A stretch of 64,000 nt of DNA, taken from NCBI GenBank assembly GCA_038231435.1, contig JBBRLJ010000001.1, forward strand, positions 160,001 through 224,000, in the 5' to 3' direction. Below, one piece after another: positions 1-9,173 of this stretch. Position 1 is the stretch's first letter. The number at the start of each line of letters is the position of its first letter. A program made the translations under genes and the position numbers. The DNA is from Planctomycetota bacterium. GTDB taxonomy: Bacteria > Planctomycetota > UBA11346. A model generated the notes under the pieces. That model was not told the origin of the DNA, searched no databases, and was given only the letters and a program-made list of their open reading frames with translations.

Positions 1-150
1 ACCGCGCAGCGGTCGCACATGTTCTCGGCTTCCATCGGCGAAGACGAGTACAAGACCGCGTTCATCAAGCAGGTGTTCCGCGACTACTTCGCCAACGACC
101 TCGACGCGTTGCTGCGTTACGTGGGACATCCGGAACTCAGCCACCACTGA
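1..150 (+). CDS. 3' end (partial) of a probable BlaI/MecI/CopY-family transcriptional regulator
   Basis: Frame 1 reads TAQRSHMFSASIGEDEYKTAFIKQVFRDYFANDLDALLRYV..HH* with GC3-rich codons; resembles the BlaI wing/dimerisation region. Truncated by the window edge. Confidence 0.5.
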   Translation, partial: TAQRSHMFSASIGEDEYKTAFIKQVFRDYFANDLDALLRYVGHPELSHH

Positions 151-265
151 TCCGGGCATCTGTCTCGTCGTTCGACGCCTCCCCGTCCGTGCCACATTGC
201 CGGACGGTGGAGGCGTTGTCGTTTCCTGGTTCCAGGATGGAACGCACTGACGGAAACGGAAACGC

Positions 266-1051
266 TCAGATCGGCGGACACATGTGGTCGGGCAGCTGGT
301 CCCCCGTCGTCAGCCCGAGTCCTTGGGTCACGCAATGCTCGGCACCGTTGAAGCGCGCGCCGCGCTCGACGAAGATGACGCTGAACGCCACGCGCGGCAC
401 GTCGGTATGATTGGCCCCCGCGCGATGTGCGCAGAATCCCTGGTGGAACGTGGAGCCGCCAGCCTGCAGGGGCACGATCGTCCGTTCGGCGAACTCCAGG
501 TCCGGCCACATGCCAATGAGGCTGCCGGCGTTGTTCAGGTCCTGTGCCGATAGATCCCGGCGTACGTGGGTCTTCGGGATGAAGCCCATGCAACCGCTCT
601 CGACCGAGGCATCGCCGAGGGCGATCCATGCCGAGATGGTGAAGGTTCCGCGCTCGATCGACCAGTACGGCTGGTCCTGATGGAACTCGGTGGGCGTCTC
701 GTTGCGCGGTCGCTTGATCAGGATGTGGTCGTGCCACAGGCGCATTGGGCGGCCCGCGAGCCTATTCACCGCCGCCAGCAACGCCGGGTGGAAGGTCAGC
801 GCACGCATGGCTTCGCTGGTTCGCCAGACATTCACCAATTGCTGGAAGACCGCGCGGTTGGAATACGCCACCGTCTCCGGGCCGTCCGCGATCGCGAGCG
901 CCGCCGCGCGGAAGGCCAGCGCCTCATCGCGGGGAATCACATTCGCCACGCCGACGAAGCCCTCGTCTTGGAAGCGCGCGATGTGGTCGACGGAAACCGT
1001 CGAACTGTCGGTTGATGCGATGGCTGGGGCTGGGGAGGCGAGGGCTAGCAT
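266..1051 (-). CDS. Phytanoyl-CoA dioxygenase (PhyH) family Fe(II)/2OG dioxygenase
   Basis: HQD..YW, SAWIAL.DA..E.GCM.FIP.TH, and FH....AH.AG.N....R motifs. ATG at 1051 has a GGAG RBS. Confidence 0.88.
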   Translation of the reverse strand: MLALASPAPAIASTDSSTVSVDHIARFQDEGFVGVANVIPRDEALAFRAAALAIADGPETVAYSNRAVFQQLVNVWRTSEAMRALTFHPALLAAVNRLAGRPMRLWHDHILIKRPRNETPTEFHQDQPYWSIERGTFTISAWIALGDASVESGCMGFIPKTHVRRDLSAQDLNNAGSLIGMWPDLEFAERTIVPLQAGGSTFHQGFCAHRAGANHTDVPRVAFSVIFVERGARFNGAEHCVTQGLGLTTGDQLPDHMCPPI

Positions 1052-1178
1052 GGGTGCTCCGGCTGGTGGTGGGCGGGGCGATGGTGCCACCACCCTACCC
1101 GCCGCCTGACCTGCGCTTCCAGCAGTCGTCGCAGGGCATACCGGATTTTCCTCCGACAAGCCCCTGGTTAGGCCCGCC

Positions 1179-2102
1179 TCATCCCCCTGGAGGCCGGGAG
1201 TGGAGCCGGAACTGGCGCGGGGTCAGGCCGGCCTGCACCTTGAACACCCGCGCGAAATAGCTGCTGTCGCCGAAGCCGACGGTCAGGGCGATGTCGGTGA
1301 CGCTGCGGTCGCTCGCGCGCAGCAGCTCCTTGGCGCGGTCGATGCGCAAGCGCACCAGGAACTCCCACGGCGGCAGGCCGCAGTGGCGCTTGAACTGCTC
1401 CGAGAAATGGTGCGGGCTGAGATAGGCGCGGTCGGCGATCGACTTCAGCGAAATGTCCTCGCCGTAATTCTCCTCGATGAAGGCTATGGCGGCGTCGAGC
1501 GCCTGGCGCTGCCCCACCGAGGCTGGAGCCACGCTCGGCTTGCCGCGTTGCCGATGCCAGGCGCGCGCCAACTGCACCAGCAGGGTCAGGAACCGGGCGC
1601 GCGCCATGACATCGAAACCGTCGGCGCCCTGGGCGAGCTCCTCGACGATCGCATCGAGTGACGACAGCACCCGCGCACGTTCGTCGACATCGAGGTGCAT
1701 CTTCGGCACGCCCTCGGCCTCGTGGCGGAACATCGGCTCGACGAACAGGAAGTCGGACAATCCTGCGATCGTCTCGAGGCGCGTGCGCTCGCTCGCGATC
1801 AGCTCGGGCAGGAACAGGATGTTGTAGACCACCAGGCCCTTGGCCTCGCGGAAGGCGTGGCGCTCGTCCGGCGCGACCAGGAAGCAGTCGCCCGGCAGCA
1901 GGGCGTAGCGCTGGGCGCGCAGCGGCCGCGTGCCCGCGCCCATCAGCTCGACGACGTGGGTCGCGCGGCCGCGCGCCACGGAGACGATCTCCTGGAACTC
2001 GTGCTGATGCGGAACCACGTCGGCGTCCACCCGCACCCGCGCGACGTTCAGCGGCAGACCAGGATGCGTGAAGCAGCGCTCGGATCGCAGCAGGTCGTCC
2101 AC
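1179..2102 (-). CDS. AraC-family transcriptional regulator (cupin + double HTH, RhaR/RhaS-like)
   Basis: N-terminal PHQHEFQEI cupin; C-terminal SVTDIALTVGFGDSSYFARVFK...G.TP..FR AraC signature. Confidence 0.92.
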   Translation of the reverse strand: MDDLLRSERCFTHPGLPLNVARVRVDADVVPHQHEFQEIVSVARGRATHVVELMGAGTRPLRAQRYALLPGDCFLVAPDERHAFREAKGLVVYNILFLPELIASERTRLETIAGLSDFLFVEPMFRHEAEGVPKMHLDVDERARVLSSLDAIVEELAQGADGFDVMARARFLTLLVQLARAWHRQRGKPSVAPASVGQRQALDAAIAFIEENYGEDISLKSIADRAYLSPHHFSEQFKRHCGLPPWEFLVRLRIDRAKELLRASDRSVTDIALTVGFGDSSYFARVFKVQAGLTPRQFRLHSRPPGG

Positions 2103-2185
2103 GCCGCCATCCTAGCGCGCGCCCTGGCGCCCGGAACCGCGGGTCGCCAGTGGCCGCCATCCGGGCCACGGCTACGCTGGGCACC

Positions 2186-2395
2186 ATGGACGACGGCCCG
2201 TGGACGATGTACCTGTGCCTGGTGCTGGGCTGCGTCGGCAGCGCCTATTTCGTCTATGGTAAGAAGCAGCAGCACTGGGTCGCGCTGGCCTGCGGCATCG
2301 GCATCATCGTCGCGCCGCTGGTCATCTCGGTGACCTGGGCGGCCATCGCGGTGTCGCTGGTCCTGATGGCGATCCCGTTCGCCGTCCGCCGGTGA
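2186..2395 (+). CDS. Small (69 aa) conserved-type membrane protein
   Basis: Hydrophobic helices with a G.AYFVYGKKQ motif; GC3-rich codons. Confidence 0.7.
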   Translation: MDDGPWTMYLCLVLGCVGSAYFVYGKKQQHWVALACGIGIIVAPLVISVTWAAIAVSLVLMAIPFAVRR

Positions 2396-2504
2396 TCCCG
2401 CCACCGTTGATGGGCCGGAGAGTCCGGGGTTGAACCGAGGCGCCGGGCGGCAAAACTCCCAGCCGGACGCCACCGTCCCACGGCACGCGGGTCACGCGGG
2501 TCAC

Positions 2505-2578
2505 GCGGGTGTAGCTCAATGGTAGAGTAGCGGCTTCCCAAGCCGAACACGGGGGTTCGATTCCCCTCACCCGTTCCA
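2505..2578 (+). tRNA. tRNA-Gly (anticodon CCC)
   Basis: GCGGGTG/CACCCGT acceptor stem, D-arm GCTCAATGGTAGAGT, loop TT-CCC-AA, GGTTCGATTCC T-arm, discriminator T followed by encoded CCA. Confidence 0.95.
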
Positions 2579-2879
2579 CCTTCCTCCTGTGAAGAGCGCT
2601 GCGGCCATTCTCGTCCACGATGCCTGCGTTGGCTTCTCCTAGCGTGGCGCTGCCACGCGGCGTCGTCGCCGCCTTGGCCTCGTGGACGATAATGGTCCTC
2701 GCGCTGGAAAAGTGGGATGGGATCCTGGGGGCTGGAGAGGACTCGCCATGGCGGGGCCATGGCATGCGGATGCATGCATGAGGCGAGTAGAGTAGACAAG
2801 GGCGCGACGGGTGGGTGGTGGCGCGCTTGCAGGGCGGAAGGGCGACGCACCATGTGCGGCCCACGCAGGAGACTCAGCC

Positions 2880-4535
2880 ATGCCTTATGCCATCGGTTAT
2901 GATTTCGGTAGCGAGAGCGGGCGGGCGGTGCTGGTCGACGTGCGCAATGGCAAGGAGGTTGCCAGCCATGTGGTGGCGTATCCGCATGCGGTGATCGACA
3001 AGAAGCTGCCGACCGGCGAGAAGCTCGGGCTGGATTGGGCGCTGCAGCATCCTGAGGATTACCTGGTGGTGCTCGAGAAGGCCACCAAGGCGATCCTGCG
3101 CAAGGCCAAGGCCAAGCCCGAGCAGGTGATCGGCATCGGCACCGACTTCACCGCCTGCACGGTGCTGCCGGTGAAGGCCGACGGCACGCCGCTGTGCCTG
3201 ACCAAGCAGTGGAAGCGCAACCCGCACGCATGGATCAAACTGTGGAAGCACCACGCTGCGCAGCCGTGGGCAGACAAGCTCAACGAGCTCGCCGCCAAGC
3301 GCGAGGAGGAGTGGCTCGCCACCTACGGCGGCAAGATCTCGAGCGAGTGGTTGTTCCCCAAGGTCGCGCAGGTCGCCGACGAGGCGCCCGAGGTCTACGA
3401 CGCCGCCGACCGGTTCATCGAGGCCGCCGACTGGATCGTCTGGCAGCTCACCGGAGTCGAGACGCGCAACGCCTGCACCGCCGGCTACAAGGCGATCTGG
3501 GACGACCAGTCCGGCTATCCCAGCCGCGAGTTCTGCGCGTCGCTGCACCCCAAGCTCGCCAACCTGGTCGACAAGCTCGGCCAGCCGGTGCCGCTCGGCC
3601 GCAAGGCCGGCGAACTGACCGCGGCGATGGCCAAGCGCATGGGCCTCAAGCCCGGCATCGCGGTCGCCGTCGGCAATGTCGATGCTCATGTCAGCGTGCC
3701 GGCGTGCGGCGTGGGCGGATCCGAGGGCTACGGCGGCGATAGCGCCAACGGCGTGCTGGTCGCGATTATGGGCACCAGCTGCTGCGACATCCTCTGCGGC
3801 CCCGAGAAGAAGATCGTTCCCGGGATGTGCGGCGTGGTGAAGGACGGCGTGGTGCCCGGCAGTTACGGCTTCGAGGCCGGGCAGTCCGGCTTCGGCGATC
3901 ACTTCGCCTGGCTGTCGCGCTTCCTCGCCAAGGGCGATCCGGGCCACGAGCGGCTCGAGAAGGACGCTACGGCGCTCGGGCCCGGCGGATCGGGCCTGCT
4001 CGCGCTCGACTGGTGGAACGGCAACCGCTCGGTGCTGGTCGACGCCAACCTCAGCGGCCTGCTGGTGGGCATGAACCTGCACACCACCCCGGCCGAGGTC
4101 TATCGCGCGCTGATCGAGGGCCTGGCCTTCGGCCTGCGCATGATCATCGACACCTTCGCCACCAACGGCGTGCGCATCGACCGCATCATCGCCTGCGGCG
4201 GCCTGGCCGAGAAGAACCAGCTGTTCATGCAGGTAGTGGCCGACGTCTGCCAGCGCCCGATCCAGCTCGCGCGCTCGGCGCAGGCACCGGCGGTGGGCTC
4301 GGCGATCTTCGGCGCCCTCGCCGCCGGCAAGGCGCGCGGCGGCTACGATTCGCTCGCCGCCGCCGCCAAGGCCATGGGCGGCGTCAAGAAGCTGGTGTTC
4401 ACGCCAAACCGCGGCGTCGAGGAGACCTACGACACGCTGTTCGCCGAGTACCGCGAGCTGCACGACTACTTCGGCCGCAAGAATGCCGTGATGAAGCGCC
4501 TGCGTTCGATGCGCCTCTGCGAAGACGCCGAGTAA
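2880..4535 (+). CDS. araB: Ribulokinase (FGGY kinase family)
   Basis: IGYDFGSESGRA, WALQHP.DY, GIGTDFTACT, KLWKHHAAQ, YGGKISSEW and LDWWNGNRS motifs. AGGAG RBS before ATG 2880. Confidence 0.92.
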   Translation: MPYAIGYDFGSESGRAVLVDVRNGKEVASHVVAYPHAVIDKKLPTGEKLGLDWALQHPEDYLVVLEKATKAILRKAKAKPEQVIGIGTDFTACTVLPVKADGTPLCLTKQWKRNPHAWIKLWKHHAAQPWADKLNELAAKREEEWLATYGGKISSEWLFPKVAQVADEAPEVYDAADRFIEAADWIVWQLTGVETRNACTAGYKAIWDDQSGYPSREFCASLHPKLANLVDKLGQPVPLGRKAGELTAAMAKRMGLKPGIAVAVGNVDAHVSVPACGVGGSEGYGGDSANGVLVAIMGTSCCDILCGPEKKIVPGMCGVVKDGVVPGSYGFEAGQSGFGDHFAWLSRFLAKGDPGHERLEKDATALGPGGSGLLALDWWNGNRSVLVDANLSGLLVGMNLHTTPAEVYRALIEGLAFGLRMIIDTFATNGVRIDRIIACGGLAEKNQLFMQVVADVCQRPIQLARSAQAPAVGSAIFGALAAGKARGGYDSLAAAAKAMGGVKKLVFTPNRGVEETYDTLFAEYRELHDYFGRKNAVMKRLRSMRLCEDAE

Positions 4536-4541
4536 TCCGAC

Positions 4542-5192
4542 ATGTCCCGCGCCGACCAGAAGACCTACCTCCTGCCCATCGTCGAGGAGCTGCGCAAGCA
4601 CTGGCCGCAGAATCGCGCCATCAACGTCGTCTGCCACGGGCACAGCGTGCCCGCCGGCTACTTCGCCACGCCGATGGTCGATAGCCTGAACGCCTATCCC
4701 CACCTGCTGCACGTCGGCCTGAAGCAGCGCTTCCCGTTCGCGGTGGTCAATGTCATCGTCACCGCCATCGGTGGCGAGACCTCCGAGAGCGGCGCGCGTC
4801 GTTTCGAGAGCCAGGTGCTCTGCCACCGGCCCGACGTGCTGTGCATCGACTACAGCCTCAACGATCGCGGCGCGCTCGCGGCGGCACGCACGGCGTGGAC
4901 GACGATGGCGGCACGCGCGCTCGATCATGGCGCGCGGGTCCTGCTCCTGACGCCGACACCCGATCGCACCCAGGCCCCCGGCGGTGATGGCGACGACCTG
5001 CGTCGGCATGCCGACCAGGTACGAGCGCTGGCGGACGAACTCGGCACCGGCCTCGTCGACAGCCTCGATGCGTTCGCGCGCACCGTCGCCGCGGGTGCCG
5101 ACCTCGACGATCTGCTCAGCTGGTACAACCATCCGAACCGTGCCGGCCACGAGCTGGTCGCCCGCGAACTGCTGCGTTTCTTTCCTGCGTGA
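4542..5192 (+). CDS. SGNH/GDSL hydrolase family protein
   Basis: Block I GHSV, block II GG, block III DY.LND, block V NHPN..GH. Starts 6 bp after the ribulokinase stop. Confidence 0.8.
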   Translation: MSRADQKTYLLPIVEELRKHWPQNRAINVVCHGHSVPAGYFATPMVDSLNAYPHLLHVGLKQRFPFAVVNVIVTAIGGETSESGARRFESQVLCHRPDVLCIDYSLNDRGALAAARTAWTTMAARALDHGARVLLLTPTPDRTQAPGGDGDDLRRHADQVRALADELGTGLVDSLDAFARTVAAGADLDDLLSWYNHPNRAGHELVARELLRFFPA

Positions 5193-5417
5193 GTGGCGGC
5201 TGCTTCCTGCCGACGGCAGATGCCCCAGGGCATCTCGGATCACTTCGTCATCGCCGCGCTGCCCTCGAAGAAAACCGGGTGCGTGCACGTCCTGGTCCAG
5301 CACTTCTGCCGTAGCATCGACGCAGCTCCTGAACGTTCCAAGGCTTAGAGCGTAGCTGCTGATCTCGTGCGGGAATCGTTGAGGTTTCGGTCTTGCTCGA
5401 GTCGGATGGCGGTTATG

Positions 5418-5443
5418 GATATGGGTCCTTACTGACCTATATC
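5418..5443. promoter_or_regulatory. Candidate repressor operator (inverted repeat GATATGGGTC-N6-GACCTATATC) upstream of the dnaE2-like gene
   Basis: 9/10-bp inverted repeat in an AT-richer island, ending 14 bp before ATG 5458. Confidence 0.5.
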
Positions 5444-5457
5444 GCACGGACGACGCC

Positions 5458-8400
5458 ATGGCCCTGCCCCCCCTGCCCACCAAGCCCAACCAGCAGCTGA
5501 TCAACCACACGCTCGATCACGAGCTCCACGAGGAGCACGACCGGCGCCTGTCCCAGGCGCGCGACCTCGGGCGGCGGATCCGCGCGCGGCTCGCGGGCTG
5601 GCGGCTGCCGCTGCTGGCGGTCCGCACCACCTACAGCCTGCTGCGCGGCACCGCCTCGCCGGAGCAGTGGGCTCAAGCGCTGGTCGGGCTGCGTGGCGAC
5701 GACGCCGACTCGTCGCTCCAGGCGGCGAAGGACCGGCGCGGCGCGAATCATCCGTCCGACCAGGCCGCCGGTGGCGCGGTGCTGGCGGCGGTGCGCGCCC
5801 TCGAGCGCGCGCGCACCTCAGGAGCGGCCGTCGCCGGACCCGCGCGCGTCCAGGACGCGCCTACGCTCGCCGTTCGGTCCGATCACGATCGCGATGCCGA
5901 TAGCGATGGCGATGCCGATGCCGATGCCGAGCCGTGGGCGATCCTCGCCGACCGCGACGACGTGCTCGGGCTGCCGGCCTGCATCGATCACTGGGGGCGC
6001 GGCAAGGTCGGCATCGGCGCCACCGTCGAGCTCGCCCGGGGCGAGGGCGAGGACGAGGACGAGGACACCCTGCTGCTCGCCCCGACCGAGACCGCCTACG
6101 CACGCCTGTGCCTGCTGCTGTCGTGGCGGCACGAGGAGCCCGAGGCATGGGCGCGGTGGCGGCGCGGTGGCGCGGCCCGCGACGGCCTCGACTGCACCGG
6201 CCTCGTCGCGCTGGTCCGCGACGAGGCGTGGGGCCGCCGCCTGCGCGATCTCGGCGCCGAGATCTGGTGGCGCGCGGACGTCCGTCCCCAGCAGACGCCG
6301 GTGGCGTTCCCCGTCGCGTCGGCGCCGATCCTCACACACCACGACGACCGCGGCCGCGCCGCCGCCGGCATCCTCGCCGCGATCCGGCAGCGGCGCACGG
6401 TGCGCCGCGAGGACGCCCGCCATGCCGGGAACGCGCTCACCGACCTGTGCGCGATGCCCGCGGCGTACGCGGGATACGAGGAGCAGCTCGACGCCGGCGC
6501 CGCGCTCGCCGCGCGCTGCCGCTGGCTGCCGGGCGGGCAGGACGAGCAGGGGCGACCGCAGCTGCATCTGCCGCCGCGCGGGGCCGGGCTGTTCGGACGC
6601 GACATCGATCCCGATGCCCTGCTGCGCGAACGCGCCGAGACGGGACTGGTCGACCGCTACCAGGCGCAGTGCGACGTGGCCCGCGCCGCGGCGCGGGCAC
6701 GGCTCGAGAAGGAGCTGCGCATCATCGCCGACAAGCGCTTCGCCGGCTACATCCTGATGGTGTGGGAATTGGCCGACGGCCACCACACCTGCGGTCGCGG
6801 ATCGGGCGCCTCATCGATCGTCTGCTACTGCCTGGGCATCACCAACGTGGACCCGGTGAAGTACCATCTGGTCTTCGAGCGCTTCCTGTCGCCCGAGCGC
6901 ATCGATCCGCCGGACATCGATGTCGATTTCGCCTGGGACGAGCGCGACGAGGTCATCGGCCGCACCATCGCGCGCTACGGGCGCGAGCACGTGGCGATGG
7001 TCGCGACCCACCAGGGCATGCACCGCTGGGCGGCGCTTCGCGAGGCAGCGCGCGCGCATGGCATCCCCGATGGCGCCATCGCCACGATGAGCCAGCGCCT
7101 GCGCGAATCCGATCTCTATGGACAGGGCGTCGAACCGCCCGAACCGTGGCCAGCCATCATCGCCGCCGCCGACGCCATCGCCGGCGCGCCGCGCCACCTT
7201 GGCCTGCACTGCGGCGGGGTGGTCATCACCGCGCGTCCAGTGCGCGAGCTGGTGCCGGTGCATCCGGCGGCGAAGTCGCTCGAGGTGCCCGGACATGGCC
7301 GGCTGCGCGTGCCGACCATCGCCTGGGAGAAGGACGGCGCCGAGGATCTCGGATTCATCAAGGTCGACGTGCTCGGCAACCGCAGCCTGGCGGTGCTGCG
7401 GGACTGCCTCGAAGACCTCGAGGTGGATGGCAATCCGCTCGAGCTGCTCTCGTGGAACCCGATGGAGGACGAGCGGACGAAGGACATCGTCGCGCGCGGA
7501 GCGACCATGGGCGTGTTCTACGTCGAGAGCCCATCGATGCGCCAGCTGCAGGCCAAGGTCGGCAGTCCGGATTTCGACCGGCTGGTGGTGCACAGCAGCA
7601 TCATCCGCCCAGCGGGCACCAACTTCATCGACACCTACATCCGACGCTACCACCGCTCGAAGGAGACCGGCGGCGACGTGCCGGAAGCGGAGCTCCGGGA
7701 ATGGTATCCGCACCCGGCGCTGCGCGGCCTGCTCAGCGACAGCTTCGGCGTGCTCTCATACCAGGAGGACGTGATGCTGGTCTCGCAAGCGCTCGCCGGC
7801 TTCGGCAGCAAGGAGGCCAACGAGCTGCGCAAGGCGCTGGGGCGCAGCGACACCGGGACCCGCCTGCAGGCGCTGGCGAATCGTTTCCGCGAGGGCTGCC
7901 TGGCCAACGGCGTCGCCGAGGATGTCCTCGACTGGGTGTGGCGGATGATCTCGTCGTTCGCGGGCTACAGTTTCTGCAAGGCGCACTCCGCCAGCTACGC
8001 GGTGGTGAGCTTCCAGTGCGCCTACCTCAAGGCCCACCATCCGGCGCACTTCATGGCGCGGGTCATCGCCAACCAGGGCGGCTACTACCACACCGCCGCC
8101 TACGTCGAGGAGGCGCGCCGCCTCGGCGTCGAGATCCGCGGCCCGTGCGTGCTGCGCAGCGCCTGGAAGACCCAGCGCGAGGGCGCGGGCGCCATCCGCA
8201 TCGGTTTCCAGCTGGTCACGGGCCTGTCGATGGCGACGGCGGAGGCGATCATCAGGGAACGGTCCGTGGTCCGTCGTCCGTCGTCCGTCCTCGGACATCA
8301 GGACGGCTGTCCCTTCCGGAGCCTGCGCGAGCTGAAGTCCCGCTGCCGCATCCAGGCCGACGAGATGAAGGCGCTCGATGACGGCGGCGCCTTCGACGCG

Positions 8401-9042
8401 CTGCTCCCGCACCTGAACACGGCACAGCGCACCTGGCTGGTGACGGTGGTGTCGCGCGAGGCCGAGGCGTTCATCCATCCGCCGAGCGTGGCCGGGCAGG
8501 CGATCCTCGATCTGCTCGCCGAGGACCTCTCCGATCCGGTGCCGCCGCCGCTGCGCGACCTGCCGCTCGAGGTGGTGCGCCAGCGACGCTACGCCTGCCT
8601 GGGCCTGTTGCCCGAGCGCCATCCGCTGTGCCTGTGGCACCTGCCGAAGCGCGCGGTGTTCTGCCGCGACATCACCGCGCGCGCCGATCGCCGGCGCCTC
8701 TCGGTGATCGCCTGGCCGATCGCGCGCAAGCGCGTCAGCGCCACCTACAGCAAGGACGAGGACGGCGTGGAGCTCGACACCCCGCGCTTCGAGGCGATGT
8801 GCTTCGTCACCGTCGAGGACGAGACCGGCCTGACCGAGACCGTATGGTTCCCGGACGCGTACCGCGCCTATGGCGCACTGCTCGAGCGCGGCGAACCGCT
8901 GCGTCTCACCGGTACCGTCGCAGTCGCCTTCGGCTACCCCACGCTCACCATCGAACACGCTGACTGTCGGTGGGGGGCTACGGCCCCCCAACATCGGCCT
9001 GCCCCTACCGACCGGGGCCTTACGCCGGCCTGCCCCCCATGA
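5458..9042 (+). CDS. dnaE2: DNA polymerase III alpha subunit, DnaE2-like (probable error-prone copy)
   Basis: CGRGSGASS, FERFLSPER, PPDIDVDF, HCGGVVI, KVDVLG, SYQEDVM and FAGYSFCKAHSASYA motifs, plus a C-terminal OB-like FVTVEDETG. The PHP region is degenerate. Confidence 0.8.
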   Translation: MALPPLPTKPNQQLINHTLDHELHEEHDRRLSQARDLGRRIRARLAGWRLPLLAVRTTYSLLRGTASPEQWAQALVGLRGDDADSSLQAAKDRRGANHPSDQAAGGAVLAAVRALERARTSGAAVAGPARVQDAPTLAVRSDHDRDADSDGDADADAEPWAILADRDDVLGLPACIDHWGRGKVGIGATVELARGEGEDEDEDTLLLAPTETAYARLCLLLSWRHEEPEAWARWRRGGAARDGLDCTGLVALVRDEAWGRRLRDLGAEIWWRADVRPQQTPVAFPVASAPILTHHDDRGRAAAGILAAIRQRRTVRREDARHAGNALTDLCAMPAAYAGYEEQLDAGAALAARCRWLPGGQDEQGRPQLHLPPRGAGLFGRDIDPDALLRERAETGLVDRYQAQCDVARAAARARLEKELRIIADKRFAGYILMVWELADGHHTCGRGSGASSIVCYCLGITNVDPVKYHLVFERFLSPERIDPPDIDVDFAWDERDEVIGRTIARYGREHVAMVATHQGMHRWAALREAARAHGIPDGAIATMSQRLRESDLYGQGVEPPEPWPAIIAAADAIAGAPRHLGLHCGGVVITARPVRELVPVHPAAKSLEVPGHGRLRVPTIAWEKDGAEDLGFIKVDVLGNRSLAVLRDCLEDLEVDGNPLELLSWNPMEDERTKDIVARGATMGVFYVESPSMRQLQAKVGSPDFDRLVVHSSIIRPAGTNFIDTYIRRYHRSKETGGDVPEAELREWYPHPALRGLLSDSFGVLSYQEDVMLVSQALAGFGSKEANELRKALGRSDTGTRLQALANRFREGCLANGVAEDVLDWVWRMISSFAGYSFCKAHSASYAVVSFQCAYLKAHHPAHFMARVIANQGGYYHTAAYVEEARRLGVEIRGPCVLRSAWKTQREGAGAIRIGFQLVTGLSMATAEAIIRERSVVRRPSSVLGHQDGCPFRSLRELKSRCRIQADEMKALDDGGAFDALLPHLNTAQRTWLVTVVSREAEAFIHPPSVAGQAILDLLAEDLSDPVPPPLRDLPLEVVRQRRYACLGLLPERHPLCLWHLPKRAVFCRDITARADRRRLSVIAWPIARKRVSATYSKDEDGVELDTPRFEAMCFVTVEDETGLTETVWFPDAYRAYGALLERGEPLRLTGTVAVAFGYPTLTIEHADCRWGATAPQHRPAPTDRGLTPACPP
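8969..9038 (+). repeat. Dispersed palindromic (REP-like) element, copy A, inside the dnaE2 3' end
   Basis: GGTGGGGGGCTACGGCCCCCCAACATCGGCC...GGCCTGCCCCCC; matches the copies at 33.7k, 33.8k, 37.8k and 46.6k. Confidence 0.8.
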
Positions 9043-9173
9043 AGAAACGGCAAGTGCAGGTAGGTCAGGCTGACTGCGTCGCCTGAAACGGATCCTCAGT
9101 CCTTCGGATGTCCCATCTCTCCCTCCCGCTCTCCCCCTTCCACGCCTTCCGTCTTCGCCATCGTAGCGGTCCG

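Noticed and set aside
5193..5348. 51-codon ORF between the SGNH gene and dnaE2
   Set aside because: Coding-like codons but no recognisable motif or RBS; cannot be supported.
2874..5510. Long antisense and alternate-frame ORFs (e.g. 878 aa here, 815 aa at 5934, 454 aa at 44694)
   Set aside because: Shadow ORFs from high GC content opposite or overlapping well-supported genes; no recognisable motifs.
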